A stretch of DNA of 63,574 bases, taken from positions 32,032,912 to 32,096,485 of the forward strand of contig NC_069001.1 in the NCBI RefSeq assembly GCF_001194135.2. Direction: 5' to 3'. Both the position numbers and the translations under genes were made by a program. The number at the start of each line of letters is the position of its first letter. Position 1 is the stretch's first letter. Source of the stretch: Octopus bimaculoides (Eukaryota). This document shows, in pieces, positions 36,522 through 49,529 of the stretch. The notes beneath the pieces were generated by a model, which did no database searches, was not told where the DNA came from, and worked only from the letters and a program-made list of their open reading frames with translations.

Positions 36522-37146
36522 GTAAGAAGACACAATGAGTCAAAACACTTTGTAGCAAAATGTCTCACATGTTTTAATGTGTTTTGCTGGTCTGTTAATC
36601 TTAACAAGGATAGAGGAGGCTTGATTTAATAGATTAGATATTTCAAGTGGGTTTGTTGTGTAGACCTTGGTAGTATGAAGGTTACAAGATGGATTTGGTG
36701 ATTAACCCTTCAGACCAAAATATTTAACCTGTTTTATAGTGAAACTGACCAGATCTAACCTCTCACCTCATCCCTACAATGTCATTCTAAAACTAAGCAA
36801 TCACATCGTCGACAGCTCAAGATAATGCATGATTATGTTTTAAAAACAATATAAATAAACAAACATTACATTTGGCAGAATAATATGAATACTAATGGTT
36901 TGATTAAAGATAACGAATTTAAAAAGAGAGGCAAATGGATTGAGACAGGGAAGGCAGAATAGTTGGTGGCAAGTTGCACTCAATATTTACTTTGATGTAC
37001 CAAGTTACACTCAGTCATTATTTTAATATGTCAAGTTGCTTGTATGTACCAAGTTATACTTGGTGTACCATCATTGCTTGTGTGTTCTAAGTTATACTAA
37101 GTCGATGATCTGATATCCTGAGATGTGTCCCTTTCTTTATTTGCAG

Positions 37147-37273
37147 GTTACTTGCAAAACCTTGAGAACAGAGAGGTTATTTTGCAGAGAGGAATCTGTG
37201 ACTGTCCCTACCTGGAGAATGGCCACACATATTTGGTTATGTCAAACAAATATGTTAAATACAATAAACAAGT
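37147..37273 (+). CDS. C3: C3-like exon (C345C): GYLQNLENREVILQRGICDCPYLENGHTYLVMSNKYVKYNKQ
   Basis: tatttgcAG / GTAAGT, phase 1->2; NTR 'C.CP.L..G..YL' motif. Confidence 0.94.
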
Positions 37274-38690
37274 GTAAGTATTTGATTCTGACTTTTCCAG
37301 AAGATAACACAGCCATTTAGGGATTAGCTTCGAAAGAAGGTAAATAGTGAAATAGGGGAGCACATCAAGTAAAGGAACCTTCTGCCTATTTGAATGGTGA
37401 TCATTCCAGTTATTTGATCAGTTGAACAATGTACGATATTCACCAGCATATAAGGCATGCATTTTGCTTTGTTTTTACCATACCAAAAATTGTTCTGCAT
37501 TTAATACAGCCATAATCGGGATTGAGGGACTGAGTGCCATAGATTAGGGAACTGGATGAACATAAATTTGTAAAGTATGTTAATTGTTACTGATAATACA
37601 ATATTCTTTTCTACTTAAGGCACAAGGCCTGAAATTTGTTGGTGTGGTGGTGGTGGTGGTGGGTAATCAATTAGATCGACCCCAGTATAAAACTGGTACA
37701 ATTTATTGACCCTGAAAGGATGAAAGGCAAAGTCGACCTCGGCGGAATTTGAACTCAGAACATAAAGACAGACGAACTGATAATACAATAATATTGAAAG
37801 ACCTGGGGTCGCTTTCTTTGACTAAAACTTCTTCAAGGCCATGTCCCAGCATGGCCACAGTCTAATGACTGAAACAAGTAGAAAGTTTGAAGAATCACAT
37901 CTTCAAAATCTCAAAGCTATGAGATCACATGTCTTTAATTCAAATCAAAGTGCATAAATAAGCATTATGTTAGAGAGAGTAATCTGAATGCTAAAGGGTA
38001 CACATTCTTTCCTGATGACCCCATAAACTTGCTAGCATTTATCTGGTATGCAGAGCTTTCAACTCGTAGCACTTGCATCCACAAGTTGTTTGAAGTAAAT
38101 CTAATGAGACAATCTTCCAAACAAGCAAAATTATCGTCATCTGTTAGCTCAGACTTACAAAAAATATTGGCAGTTATGTGGGGAGGCCACATCATTTTAT
38201 TATACTTCCTTCCCCAGCATACATAACCCACACCTAATAAGTGTCTTATATTAATTAATGAATTTTTGTTTCTTTTTATAAAACATTTGTTTATCATGTC
38301 TAAATGAAAAAGTCTTCCTAGAAAATTAAAAGGAATATTAAATTTTCATCTGCCTACCAGTTATTTGTGACGAGTGGATGACAACAAAACCAGAGCAATG
38401 GTATAGCACTTTAGAGGCTGAGAGCAATTACATATTACATCACAGTCAGAAATACAAGTTTTACATCCTGTATGACCAAAATATAAACAATGATACAGCT
38501 GAACTGAAAGAAGATAAAGTTGAAATACAGTATTCCCATTATGTAGCTTATAGATTTATGGTTTCATACTTTATTTCAGTATGCTGTCACAGCAATGTAT
38601 TTATAGACACAAACTCATACATTTTCCCTCACAAAACCATCTTAACCCTTTTGTTACTGTATTTATTTCAAGATGCTCTGTTTCTTTCAT

Positions 38691-38745
<55 letters not shown>

Positions 38746-39055
38746 GCCTCTTTCAGTTTCCATCTACTAAATCCACTCACAAGACTTTGGTCGGCCCAAG
38801 GCTATAGTGGTAGACACTTGCCCAAGGTGCCACACAGTGTGACTGAACCCAGAACCATGTGGTTGGTAAGCGAGCTGCGTACCACACAGTCACTCCTGTG
38901 CCTGTAGAAAATATATTTTATCCAAAGTGTCATGCAGTGTAACTGAACCTGAGATCTCAAGGTTGCAAAGTGAGATTCTAAACCACACAGCCACATGCCT
39001 ACACCCACATCTATTGGTTTGATTTTATCTTTTCTTTTTTTCCCCACTTTTGCAG

Positions 39056-39191
39056 GAATAAATTTTGGCTCGACAAGACTGGTTTCATTGCAGAAGAACT
39101 TAATCAATATGCAAAGAAAACAATTCTAGCTTTCAAAACTAAAACCGGAAGTATTACAAGACATAATCTATGTAAGGTTTATAGAAAATAA
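39056..39191 (+). CDS. C3: C3-like terminal coding exon: NKFWLDKTGFIAEELNQYAKKTILAFKTKTGSITRHNLCKVYRK*
   Basis: cacttttgcAG acceptor, phase 2; 'FWLDKTGFI' matches NTR 'Y.L...T.VE'; terminal Cys; TAA at 39189-39191. Confidence 0.88.
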
Positions 39192-39237
39192 TCCATTTGG
39201 AACCAGAAAGCATTTTGAGCTTTAAAGAATTATGAAA

Positions 39238-39243
39238 AATAAA
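39238..39243 (+). promoter_or_regulatory. Candidate polyadenylation signal AATAAA for the C3-like gene (second candidate at 39431-39436)
   Basis: AATAAA 47 nt after the stop codon; the sequence is AT-rich, so chance occurrence is possible. Confidence 0.4.
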
Positions 39244-39854
39244 ATGAAATTTAAAAAAAAAAAGATTTTATGGGAAATTTTCATAAAAAGATATATTTCT
39301 GCATAGAGCATAAAAGAATGATAAATAACCTTCCAGAAATGGTTCCTCACTTTTTGCATTTATTCTAAGTGTAAAGAATCCAAATCTAATGGCGCCAAAA
39401 GACTAGTGTCTATTTTAACCATATTCCTTGAATAAATTCATTCCTTATACTTTTAATATTTGGTCTTTGTCTTTCTTTCATTTATATTCCCCCTCCACCA
39501 CACCCCCACTTATCTATCTTCTCCAAGATTTGCTCTCCTTAAATCTGAATTTTCTTTCCATTATTGCAGTGAAAGTTCCAGTCATGTAGGAATGATTCAG
39601 TTGTGTGTGTGTGCGTGCATGCATATCTATCTATATATGTATATATATATGTCTGTATGTATATAAATATATATGCATGTATATATATATATATATAAAT
39701 GTGTGTGTGTCTATATATATGTATGTATATATATATATATATATATATGTTAGATACTAGAGTATGTATATGACTCTTCTTTTCTGTCCCTCAATCCTAT
39801 TCCCCTGCTTCAGTTGAGGGATCTTGTCTTGCAAGTTATTTAGTTAGCTCATTG

Positions 39855-40260
39855 TTGCTGGTACCATGTAAAAAAAAGCATCCAGTACACTCTACAAAAG
39901 AAAAGCACCTTTTGCAAGTTGGGCCTCAAAGAGGCAAGGTGGCTGATGCCAGCAGCATGTGGAAGGCACCTCTCGAGTGTTGGGCCCCATGACGGCAATG
40001 ACCAAGATCTTTGGCATTATGCCATGCTTGAGAAGAAAACCCGTCAAGCCAAGTAAAATTGTAGTTGTGGCAGATATTGGTGTCATGCAAATGGAACTGT
40101 GTCAGTGGCACGTAAAAGCACCCATTACACTCTCGGAGTGGTTGGCATTAGGAAGGGCATCCAGCAGTAGAAACCATGCTAAATCAGACTGGAGTCTGAT
40201 GCACCCTTCCAGTTTGCCAGCCCTGATCAAACCGTTCAACTCATGCCAGTATGGGCAATG
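39855..40260 (+). mobile_element. Repeat family C (RTE-type 3' tail ending ccatgccagcatggaa..(GAT)n); other copies about 5100-5340, 6930-7160, 8230-8510, 13790-14097, 22880-23165, 25600-25830(-), 47840-48060, 51655-51945
   Basis: Recurrent 'ggttggcattaggaagggcatccagctgtagaaaccatgcc' core and GAT-microsatellite tail; variably 5'-truncated. Confidence 0.8.
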
Positions 40261-41395
40261 GATGCTAAGTGATGATGATGAATACGTGAAATATTTTAAC
40301 AATTTTTTAATACAATTCCTAATAATATTAATTATAAAAATATAATAAAATTTTTTAAACATCAAATGTTTATGAGGGTTCATCTGAGTAAATTAGAAAT
40401 CAAAGGGGCCCATGGATAAAAAATGGTTAAGAAACACTGATTAGATTATTTTAAATCAGGAAGTTTCTATCATAGAACCAAAGCCATTCTCAGGCAGGCT
40501 GGTATCAAAATGGTTACAGAGAGGAAGCTTTTGTATCATAAAATCAGAAGAGAATTCGGTGAGGATTAGTATTAAACCCCATATATAAAATGCTACATCA
40601 AAACGAAAATGAAAGGGGACCAGCAGTGCCTGAGAAATTGGGTCAAGAGATAAAGGAAAGATCACAGAACTACCATCTAATGACAGGAAGCAGATCATTA
40701 CTGTCTGTCACTGAAAACAATGCCTGCAATTAATGAAAGAAATGCTGAGAAATACAGCATTATGAATGGGCTGTGAAAGACTTCAGAATGTTTGGGAGGG
40801 TTGATGTGCAACATAGCTAACAGAATGCAAGGTTTTGAACTATATGAAAATACTTGCTGTTATTATTTCTTCAAAAATCACTGAATTACAAGTGGTGATG
40901 TCCTTCTCCTACCAATCAGTCACTCACATTACACCTTCAACAACATGTGGAACAGGAGAGTCTATACTTAAAAAAAAAAAAACATAGGTATGGGTTAATG
41001 ACAGGAAGAGCACCTGGCTGTATAACAATGTCTCGGTAATATTTTCATCTAGCCCATGCTGTGGAGGTACATGGCTTAGTGGTTATGGGCGTTGGACTCG
41101 TGATCGTAAGTTTGTAGTTTTGATTCCTTGACCAGGCGACACATTGTGTCTCCATTTCATGTTGCTCCAATCCACTCAAAAGAGAGCAGTCCTGCAACAG
41201 ACCAGCATCTCATCTAGGTAGGGAATCTTGCTTAAATCAGTTTCAAATGTTGTTGACTAACCACAACGGTCCTTTAGTGATATCCGAGTTAACAATAAGT
41301 TGCTAGATTTTGATAACAATTCTCACAAGGTAAATCCGAGTGTCTTGTTCAGGACTGCACAGTTTCCATAGAATAAGTATTAGTATTAATAATAA

Positions 41396-41514
41396 TAAGG
41401 AGAACGGAGATTCTCCACATTTACAAATTTATTAAACAGTTATTAACAACATTCTGAATGCTGTAATTAACTGTTTAATAAATTTAGAGATGTAGCAAAT
41501 CTCTGTTCTCCTTA
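41396..41514. repeat. Imperfect 119-bp palindrome centred at 41455
   Basis: taaggagaac.gagatt...aaatttattaaacagtta..cattc T gaatg..taactgtttaataaattt...aatctctgttctcctta. Confidence 0.85.
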
Positions 41515-41516
41515 CC

Positions 41517-41562
<46 letters not shown>

Positions 41563-42599
41563 TACACACACACATACACATACACAGACACTTGGTGTCC
41601 TGTAGCAGATAGTTAATACAAGGGAGGTAATAATTTTTTCATAATATTTGGTGGGATTAAAAGTATGAATATGAAATTTAAAGAATAAGAAAAACCTGCA
41701 TTGAATACACATATAACTGGGGGGGTTTTTTGTTTCCTTTTTTGTTTTTTTTTTGCTTACTAATGAAATTCATATTTATACACACATACATATTGGGTAA
41801 CTGAAAATAGGGCAGTATTTAAAAGGGAATTGTAATAAAAAAACAAAAACAACAAAGAAAAGATAATTGTAAGGGTTACCATGTGATATGGATGGGGTGG
41901 GACACAATGCATAGAAGAAGAGGGACTATAGAAATTATGAATTAATTTGTCAAATTTGTTATTTAAAACAAGAAAACAAATGGTACATGTGAAATACTTT
42001 ATATGAAAACCATTTTATTTTAACATCTATAATAATAAAAATAAAAATGATAATAATAATAATAACCTGCTCATAATTATTTCATTCAAGGGTAAGAAAT
42101 AAGAAATATTAGTAGTAGTGGTAATAGTAGTTGTAGTAGTAGTAATAATAATAATCATAATAATAATAATGGTCATCAAATATTATTATTATTATTATTA
42201 ATTCTAAAGAATTTATAGAATAAAAAATGTACAAATGCCAACACAATGTATAAATAAATTAATTAGATGATATTTTGGAGACAAATGAGAGAGACAGAGA
42301 CAGACAATAAGTGACAAATAAGTAACATTTCAGGAAGAAGAAAAAAAAAAAAATGAAGTATCATTGTAGATAAGAAGTAATAATCATGATATCAAACGCA
42401 TAATTCGCTGAAATGGCTTGCAGAGTTGTAATAAGACCAAAAACAGATATTGTAGAAAAGATAGAAATTCTGAAAGGAAAATTTAATGGGGAAAAAAAAA
42501 AAAATCTGATTGTTTCAGCCAAAGTAATCAACAGTTTGTGTAACAGTTGTTGTTCTAGTAGGACCAAGTACTTTTTTTTATATAATTATTTTTAATTTA

Positions 42600-42630
<31 letters not shown>

Positions 42631-42788
42631 CAAAGTTTCTGAAAGAGAAAGTTGTAATAAGAAAATAGAATTTTAAAAGATTGCAAAGAGAAAGACAAAA
42701 AGAAGTTTTATAAAAATTATTTAAAGATTTTATANNNNNNNNNNNNNNNNNNNNATATATATATATATATATATATATATACACTATA

Positions 42789-43005
42789 TGACAGGGTGCT
42801 GAAAATTTCCTGGCTTTGAGTAAAAGAAAATACAGGAGGATCAGTTAATTATGATTTTATTAAACATATTGCCCTCTCAGATTCACACACTCATTGCAGC
42901 AGTCCTTCAGTTTTTCTAAGCCCTGTAAAAGAACTCAGAAGGTTGGGCCTCCAACCGGGCCTTTCACGATACCCTTAAAGCCAGAAACACTTCAGCACCC
43001 TCTTG
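42789..43005. mobile_element. Second copy of the 217-bp mariner-derived MITE
   Basis: Collinear with 59278-59494; TIRs more decayed. Confidence 0.85.
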
Positions 43006-43052
43006 TCTATATGTATATATAATATACATACACTATATAGTTGAATACTGTT

Positions 43053-43092
<40 letters not shown>

Positions 43093-44218
43093 TATAAAAT
43101 ACATTATATATATGTATATGCATATGCATATAATACACACACATATGTATATATTTAACACATTCATACATATATTAAATCTTGATATAAGAACAGATGC
43201 AATAAGAGACATAGATGGAGAAAGTTCATATTCTTTTTAACAGCACTCACTGTCCTATTTTAGTATACTTTATCACCATCACCATCATCATTACACAACT
43301 TTAAATAACAAACAATACTACAAAAATAAATAAGTAAATGAATAAATACATAAAGAAGTCTATATATTTTGTTTGTTTTTTTTTATTTTTTAAAATTTTC
43401 TTTTAAATAAGGCATTTTCAATTTAAACTGGATAACATAAATGATAAAATTGTTTTTTTGTTGGGGCTAAGAACAATAGAATACTTGATTAAACAAACAA
43501 TGAGGAAAAAAAAAACAAAAAAAAAACAAACAAAAACAAAGCAAATGGCTAAAAGTTGTATTGTATTAGATTATTGATAATGCATATAATTGATTCACAA
43601 GNNNNNNNNNNNNNNNNNNNNNNNNNNNNNNNNNNNNNNNNNNNNNNNNNNNNNNNNNNNNNNNNNNNNNNNNNNNNNNNNNNNNNNNNNNNNNNNNNNN
43701 NNNNNNNNNNNNNNNNNNNNNNNNNNNNNNNNNNNNNNNNNNNNNNNNNNNNNNNNNNNNNNNNNNNNNNNNNNNNNNNNNNNNNNNNNNNNNNNNNNNN
43801 NNNNNNNNNNNNNNNNNNNNNNNNNNNNNNNNNNNNNNNNNNNNNNNNNNNNNNNNNNNNNNNNNNNNNNNNNNNNNNNNNNNNNNNNNNNNNNNNNNNN
43901 NNNNNNNNNNNNNNNNNNNNNNNNNNNNNNNNNNNNNNNNNNNNNNNNNNNNNNNNNNNNNNNNNNNNNNNNNNNNNNNNNNNNNNNNNNNNNNNNNNNN
44001 NNNNNNNNNNNNNNNNNNNNNNNNNNNNNNNNNNNNNNNNNNNNNNNNNNNNNNNNNNNNNNNNNTCCATTTCCTAACTTCACATATTTTTTTCTAAATT
44101 ATAGTCAAATAAAGGACAAACAATACCATTTTTCTCACTATGTTTTTGTTGCTATTCCTTTGAAAGTGTCGGTAAGTTATTTTCAGTATCTATAATGCTA
44201 AAAAAAAAAATCCATACA

Positions 44219-44272
<54 letters not shown>

Positions 44273-45114
44273 TTGCAGTGGACTAACAACTATCATAAAA
44301 GAAATGTTGCAGACTGCATCCATGAAATATTTGATAAAAAAAATTTCACAAATTTCAGTTTTGATTTACTGAAGATTCATAGAACAAAATGGCTTCTTTT
44401 TTTCCCGTTTTTTATTTGTTTTTGGTTTCATTTTAGTTGTGTGTGTGTGTGTTTGTTTGTTTTAATTACTGAAAAGGAACAAAAATCAAGAATAAATGCA
44501 TATATAAATAAAATAAGAAGGAAACAAAAGTATCCCTAAAACTATATCTACTGAATTTTTTTTTTTGGCTGACTGAATATCAGTCAGTTGTAGGAGAAAC
44601 TTTTAGCAGTTTGTACATGATTTTGTGTGTGCATATGTGTGGATGTGTGTGCCTGTAAACACACACATGCACTATATATGTATGTATATTTATATGCATG
44701 CATGTGTATGTGAATATATATATATATACATATATATATATCACACATATAGATACACATATACAATACACACCCCTTTACTGGTTTCAGTCACTGGACT
44801 GCAACCATATAAAATCCTCCATTAAATGTACTTGAATTATGTAACACATAACGAAACAAGTACAGAAAGAGAGAGAGAGAGAAACAGAGAAAGAGACGAG
44901 AAACTATGAGAGGAAACACAAAGAGATAGAAAACAAACCATAATAACTTCGCTCGCTTGTTTGTGTCCATTTCATGTTTTAATTTTCTATTCAAAATTCA
45001 GTTCCATTTTTGTTACGGTCTTTATAAAATCAGTCAGAACACAGAGAAAGTTCTTTACAAGAACTGTAGGAAATTCTTAGGAAATGACACGGTCGATTTC
45101 ACTTCACTCTTATG

Positions 45115-45145
<31 letters not shown>

Positions 45146-45290
45146 TATATTATTTACCGTTATTATTATGCATGTAGACACTTGCTTTTTTTTTTAGTTT
45201 TGTCTTTTGCTTTGCCTGTTTTTAATTATGTCAAAGGCAATATACAAACCAACAATACTACTCTGCAAACTATACACGCACATACACATG

Positions 45291-45342
<52 letters not shown>

Positions 45343-45780
45343 TACATACACACACACACAAATTCCAACAAAAAAACAAAACACAATGATATTAAATGAG
45401 GGTTTGTTGTAGTTGTTTCTCCTTTTGAAGAGTCTTTTACCAAGCTTGTCATACCATATTCCAGATATTCTTGGGAATTATTTCTGCTGCAGCAAATCGT
45501 TAGTGCTATGAGTATAAACAGTGATTAGTGATAATGGAGATGCATCTACATACATATATATTTAATATGCATACACATAGTTACACACACACACACACAT
45601 ATATAGATATATATATACAGGAATATACACATAAGCATTCTATATACAGATACACACCTATATATACATATAGATATACATGTACACACACAACATACAT
45701 AGATTCACATACATATGTGCATATTGATGTGTGTGTACATATACAGATAAATTCATATATGTGTGTGTATATGGATCCTT

Positions 45781-45818
<38 letters not shown>

Positions 45819-45964
45819 CATATGAATATATATGTATGCATGTGTGTGTGTGTATATATGTGTGTGTATGTGTGTGTGTGTGTGTATGTATGTGCATATA
45901 TTCACACACATACATGCATACATTTTCTCAGGGTCTCTGGGTCTTGAAATTTATTTTCACAGTA

Positions 45965-45999
<35 letters not shown>

Positions 46000-47362
46000 T
46001 ATCATTATTATTATGTTATGTACATAGAACACAATAGACCGCCAAGGAAAATTCATTATTACAGTTACTTTTTTTTATTTTAAACAAATAACATTCTTTT
46101 ATTTATTTTCACATTGTTCTTGTGTGCGTAACATACATCCATATATATATACATACATATATATACGTACCTACATACACACACACATATAATCTATATG
46201 TTTGCGTGTATATTATTGGGGAGTGCAACCACAATCTGACGTCATACATGTGTTAGACTAATGGAATGAAGGCTGACTTAGAGTTTGCCAATATAATACT
46301 AAACTTTAAGCAATGATCAATGATGGATAAATTAAGTAAAACATTACATTACATATATATCTATATATATATTACATAAATTATATATATATATATATAT
46401 ATATNNNNNNNNNNNNNNNNNNNNNNNNNNNNNNNNNNNNNNNNNNNNNNNNNNNNNNNNNNNNNNNNNNNNNNNNNNNNNNNNNNNNNNNNNNNNNNNN
46501 NNNNNNNNNNNNNNNNNNNNNNNNNNNNNNNNNNNNNNNNNNNNNNNNNNNNNNNNNNNNNNNNNNNNNNNNNNNNNNNNNNNNNNNNNNNNNNNNNNNN
46601 NNNNNNNNNNNNNNNNNNNNNNNNNNNNNNNNNNNNNNNNNNNNNNNNNNNNNNNNNNNNNNNNNNNNNNNNNNNNNNNNNNNNNNNNNNNNNNNNNNNN
46701 NNNNNNNNNNNNNNNNNNNNNNNNNNNNNNNNNNNNNNNNNNNNNNNNNNNNNNNNNNNNNNNNNNNNNNNNNNNNNNNNNNNNNNNNNNNNNNNNNNNN
46801 NNNNNNNNNNNNNNNNNNNNNNNNNNNNNNNNNNNNNNNNNNNNNNNNNNNNNNNNNNNNNNNNNNNNNNNNNNNNNNNNNNNNNNNNNNNNNNNNNNNN
46901 NNNNNNNNNNNNNNNNNNNNNNNNNNNNNNNNNNNNNNNNNNNNNNNNNNNNNNNNNNNNNNNNNNNNNNNNNNNNNNNNNNNNNNNNNNNNNNNNNNNN
47001 NNNNNNNNNNNNNNNNNNNNNNNNNNNNNNNNNNNNNNNNNNNNNNNNNNNNNNNNNNNNNNNNNNNNNNNNNNNNNNNNNNNNNNNNNNNNNNNNNNNN
47101 NNNNNNNNNNNNNNNNNNNNNNNNNNNNNNNNNNNNNNNNNNNNNNNNNNNNNNNNNNNNNNNNNNNNNNNNNNNNNNNNNNNNNNNNNNNNNNNNNNNN
47201 NNNNNNNNNNNNNNACCTGTGTTTATCGGGTCAGCTTTGTCAACTGAAAATAAGAATAAAAGAAATTAGACTTAAAAAACATATGCAAAAAAAGAAAAAA
47301 ATTAAAAGGGTGATTCATAAGTCCCTTTAGCATTTAGATGATAAACAATACTAAAATATTAA

Positions 47363-47584
47363 CCCTTTCGTTACTGTATTTATTTTTGAGATTCTGTGTT
47401 TCTTTCAATTAATTTTGAATATAACAAAGAATTTAGTAAAATAACTTAGTTATCATTAAGCTAGTGTTAGGAACATAAATTGTGACTAAGGTTTTGGTGG
47501 AAGATTTTAATTCAGAACTTTTGAAAACAAGTCATTTGTACTGCAGAACCAGAGGTGGTTTCGGGTGAGTTGGTAATGAAAGGG
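47363..47584. mobile_element. piggyBac-type MITE (TTAA|CCCTTTCGTTAC ... GTAATGAAAGGG|TTAA); inverted copy at 52153-52354
   Basis: CCC/GGG termini, 12-bp TIR, TTAA target duplication; internal sequence matches 52153-52354 in reverse. Confidence 0.8.
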
Positions 47585-48556
47585 TTAAAGGGACTTTAGA
47601 ATTGTGTCATGCAACTGTGCAACAACTAGAAATATTATCAATTTGTTGATTTGGTTAGGATATAAGAACAAAAAAAAAAAACTTCAAAATATATTGTATA
47701 TGTTGGTATATGGGATGTATTTTATCTCTTTAAATAGGTCTCAAAAAAATTATCCCAGGCCCTACATGTGAAGTTGGGCCTATATTGCATGCTTTAATAC
47801 ACTAAAAACATTTTTTCTACCCCCGTTACATAAAAAACACCCATGCCTGTGCTGCGCAAATGAGCACTTGTGCCAGCTCTGTGTAGCTAGCACCAAGTAC
47901 ACTCTGTATAGTGGCTGGTGTTAGGAAGGGCATCCAGCTATAGAAACCATGCTTACACAGATGACTGGAGCCTGGTGCAGCCCTCCAGCTTGCCAGCTCC
48001 TATCAAATCATCCAACCCATGCTAGCATGGAAAATGGACACTAAATGATAATGATGATGCACTGACGAAAATGGGAACCATATTATATGCCTATGCATCT
48101 TTTATGCCATCACATTTAGTACTTTTTAAAACATAAGATGGCTGTGTTGATGTTGATGATGATAAAGAGGAGGATTTCTTAAATTCTCACACATAACCTT
48201 GAAGTTGTCAGGTTAATGAGAAAGCCATTATGTTGTCACTTGGCCAGCTAAAAATAGTAGCAAGACCTCACTGATATTACATTCTACAATTTTAAAAGGA
48301 GAACGACACAATGAACAATATAGTCATAGATACACAACATTGGTGGGATAGTCATGGATGGAACATCTTTGATCAGTGCTGACTGGGAGAGGCAGGGATC
48401 GAAATAACAAAAACTGCAACAATCAATGCCACACATTTATAGAGGAAGGGCAAAGTTGATTGAACAAACCCAAGTCAAGCTTGGCAATTGTTTTGTAGAT
48501 CCTTCTACCAAGGAATGAAAAAATTCATAACTAACATCAGAAGGATTTTAACTCAG

Positions 48557-48684
48557 AATCAGGACCAAGGGTTCACAAACAGTGCTCCATAGGGGGTATC
48601 TAATCAGGACCAAGGGTTCACAAACAGTGCTCCATAGGGGGTATCTAATCAGGACCAAGGGTTCACAAACAGTGTACCATAGGT
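48557..48684. repeat. 45-bp tandem repeat, about 2.8 units (aatcaggaccaagggttcacaaacagtgctccatagggggtatct)
   Basis: Two exact units and one partial unit. Confidence 0.9.
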
Positions 48685-49232
48685 GTACCATGGAAATTTT
48701 TTTAAAAACCCATTTAACCCTTATGATACCCAACCTACCCAAAACTGACCTTGGTTCTGTGGTACAAACTGTTTTCAAAGCGATATAAATTAAAAAACCT
48801 CCCATCAAAATTTCATGCTAATTTGTTTGAAATACCAGATTAATAATGAGAAAGTTCATCATCATTTAACATCCACTTTTCTGTGCTTGCATGTGTCAGA
48901 CAGAATTTATTGAGGCAGATTTTCTCTGGCTGGATACCCTTCTTATCACAAACCCTAATCTGTTTCAAAGCAAGTTAATAATAATTCCCCCCATAAAGGG
49001 ATATGTGATTTTTAGGAAGATTTGGTTACTATTTCAAGCAAGATGATTGACTGAGTAGAGGATCTCTCCTTGATCTGATTCAGAAACTTTATTAAGTTAT
49101 TTTTATATAAAATCACAACAAATTCACTGATTATTCCCAAAATTACTTGAAATACATTTAATTAAAATGTTTTATCAGTAGTGTGGTCATGGAAGGATTA
49201 ATTTTGTCCTTGGATTTTGGATTTTTATTTAT

Positions 49233-49305
49233 TTATTTTGTCTTTATCTTGTCACAAATCCAGTCTGGAAATAAAATGGTTGTTTCATTCATCAAGGCAT
49301 CATTT
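49233..49305 (-). CDS. Candidate terminal exon of the minus-strand gene (NDALMNETTILFPDWICDKIKTK*)
   Basis: tttatttagcttttaaAG acceptor, phase 2, TAA followed by overlapping AATAAA. Confidence 0.25.
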
Positions 49306-49529
49306 CTTTAAAAGCTAAATAAAGATTTTGATACAAAAATAAATGAAACCAGGGTAACTTGAACAAAATTTAAATTGAATTAGTTGAAATTATGCAAAAT
49401 AACAACAACAACACAGTAGATGTTTCAAATAATTAAAAAATATAGAAAGAAAGAAAAAATAGCTCTTATGACTTTATTTAAAAGAATTCAAATGAGAGAA
49501 AGATGCTGTAAGCAATTAATACATAATGT

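Larger units (their letters stand above)
1740..39191 (+). other. C3: Complement C3-like (thioester-containing protein) gene, 5'-truncated by window edge; 29 coding exons visible
   Basis: Spliced translation follows the C3 domain order MG4-LNK-RTKR-ANATO-MG6/7-CUB-TED(GCGEQ, H)-CUB-MG8-C345C. ANATO plus C345C distinguishes it from A2M/CD109/iTEP. Exon phases are consistent. Confidence 0.95.

Noticed and set aside
39172-39177. GTAAGG donor suggesting a further downstream C3 exon
   Set aside because: Read-through supplies the expected terminal Cys and a stop 6 codons later; I found no convincing downstream exon
48557-48684. CRISPR-like repeat array
   Set aside because: Units are directly adjacent with no spacers, in eukaryotic context; a simple tandem repeat
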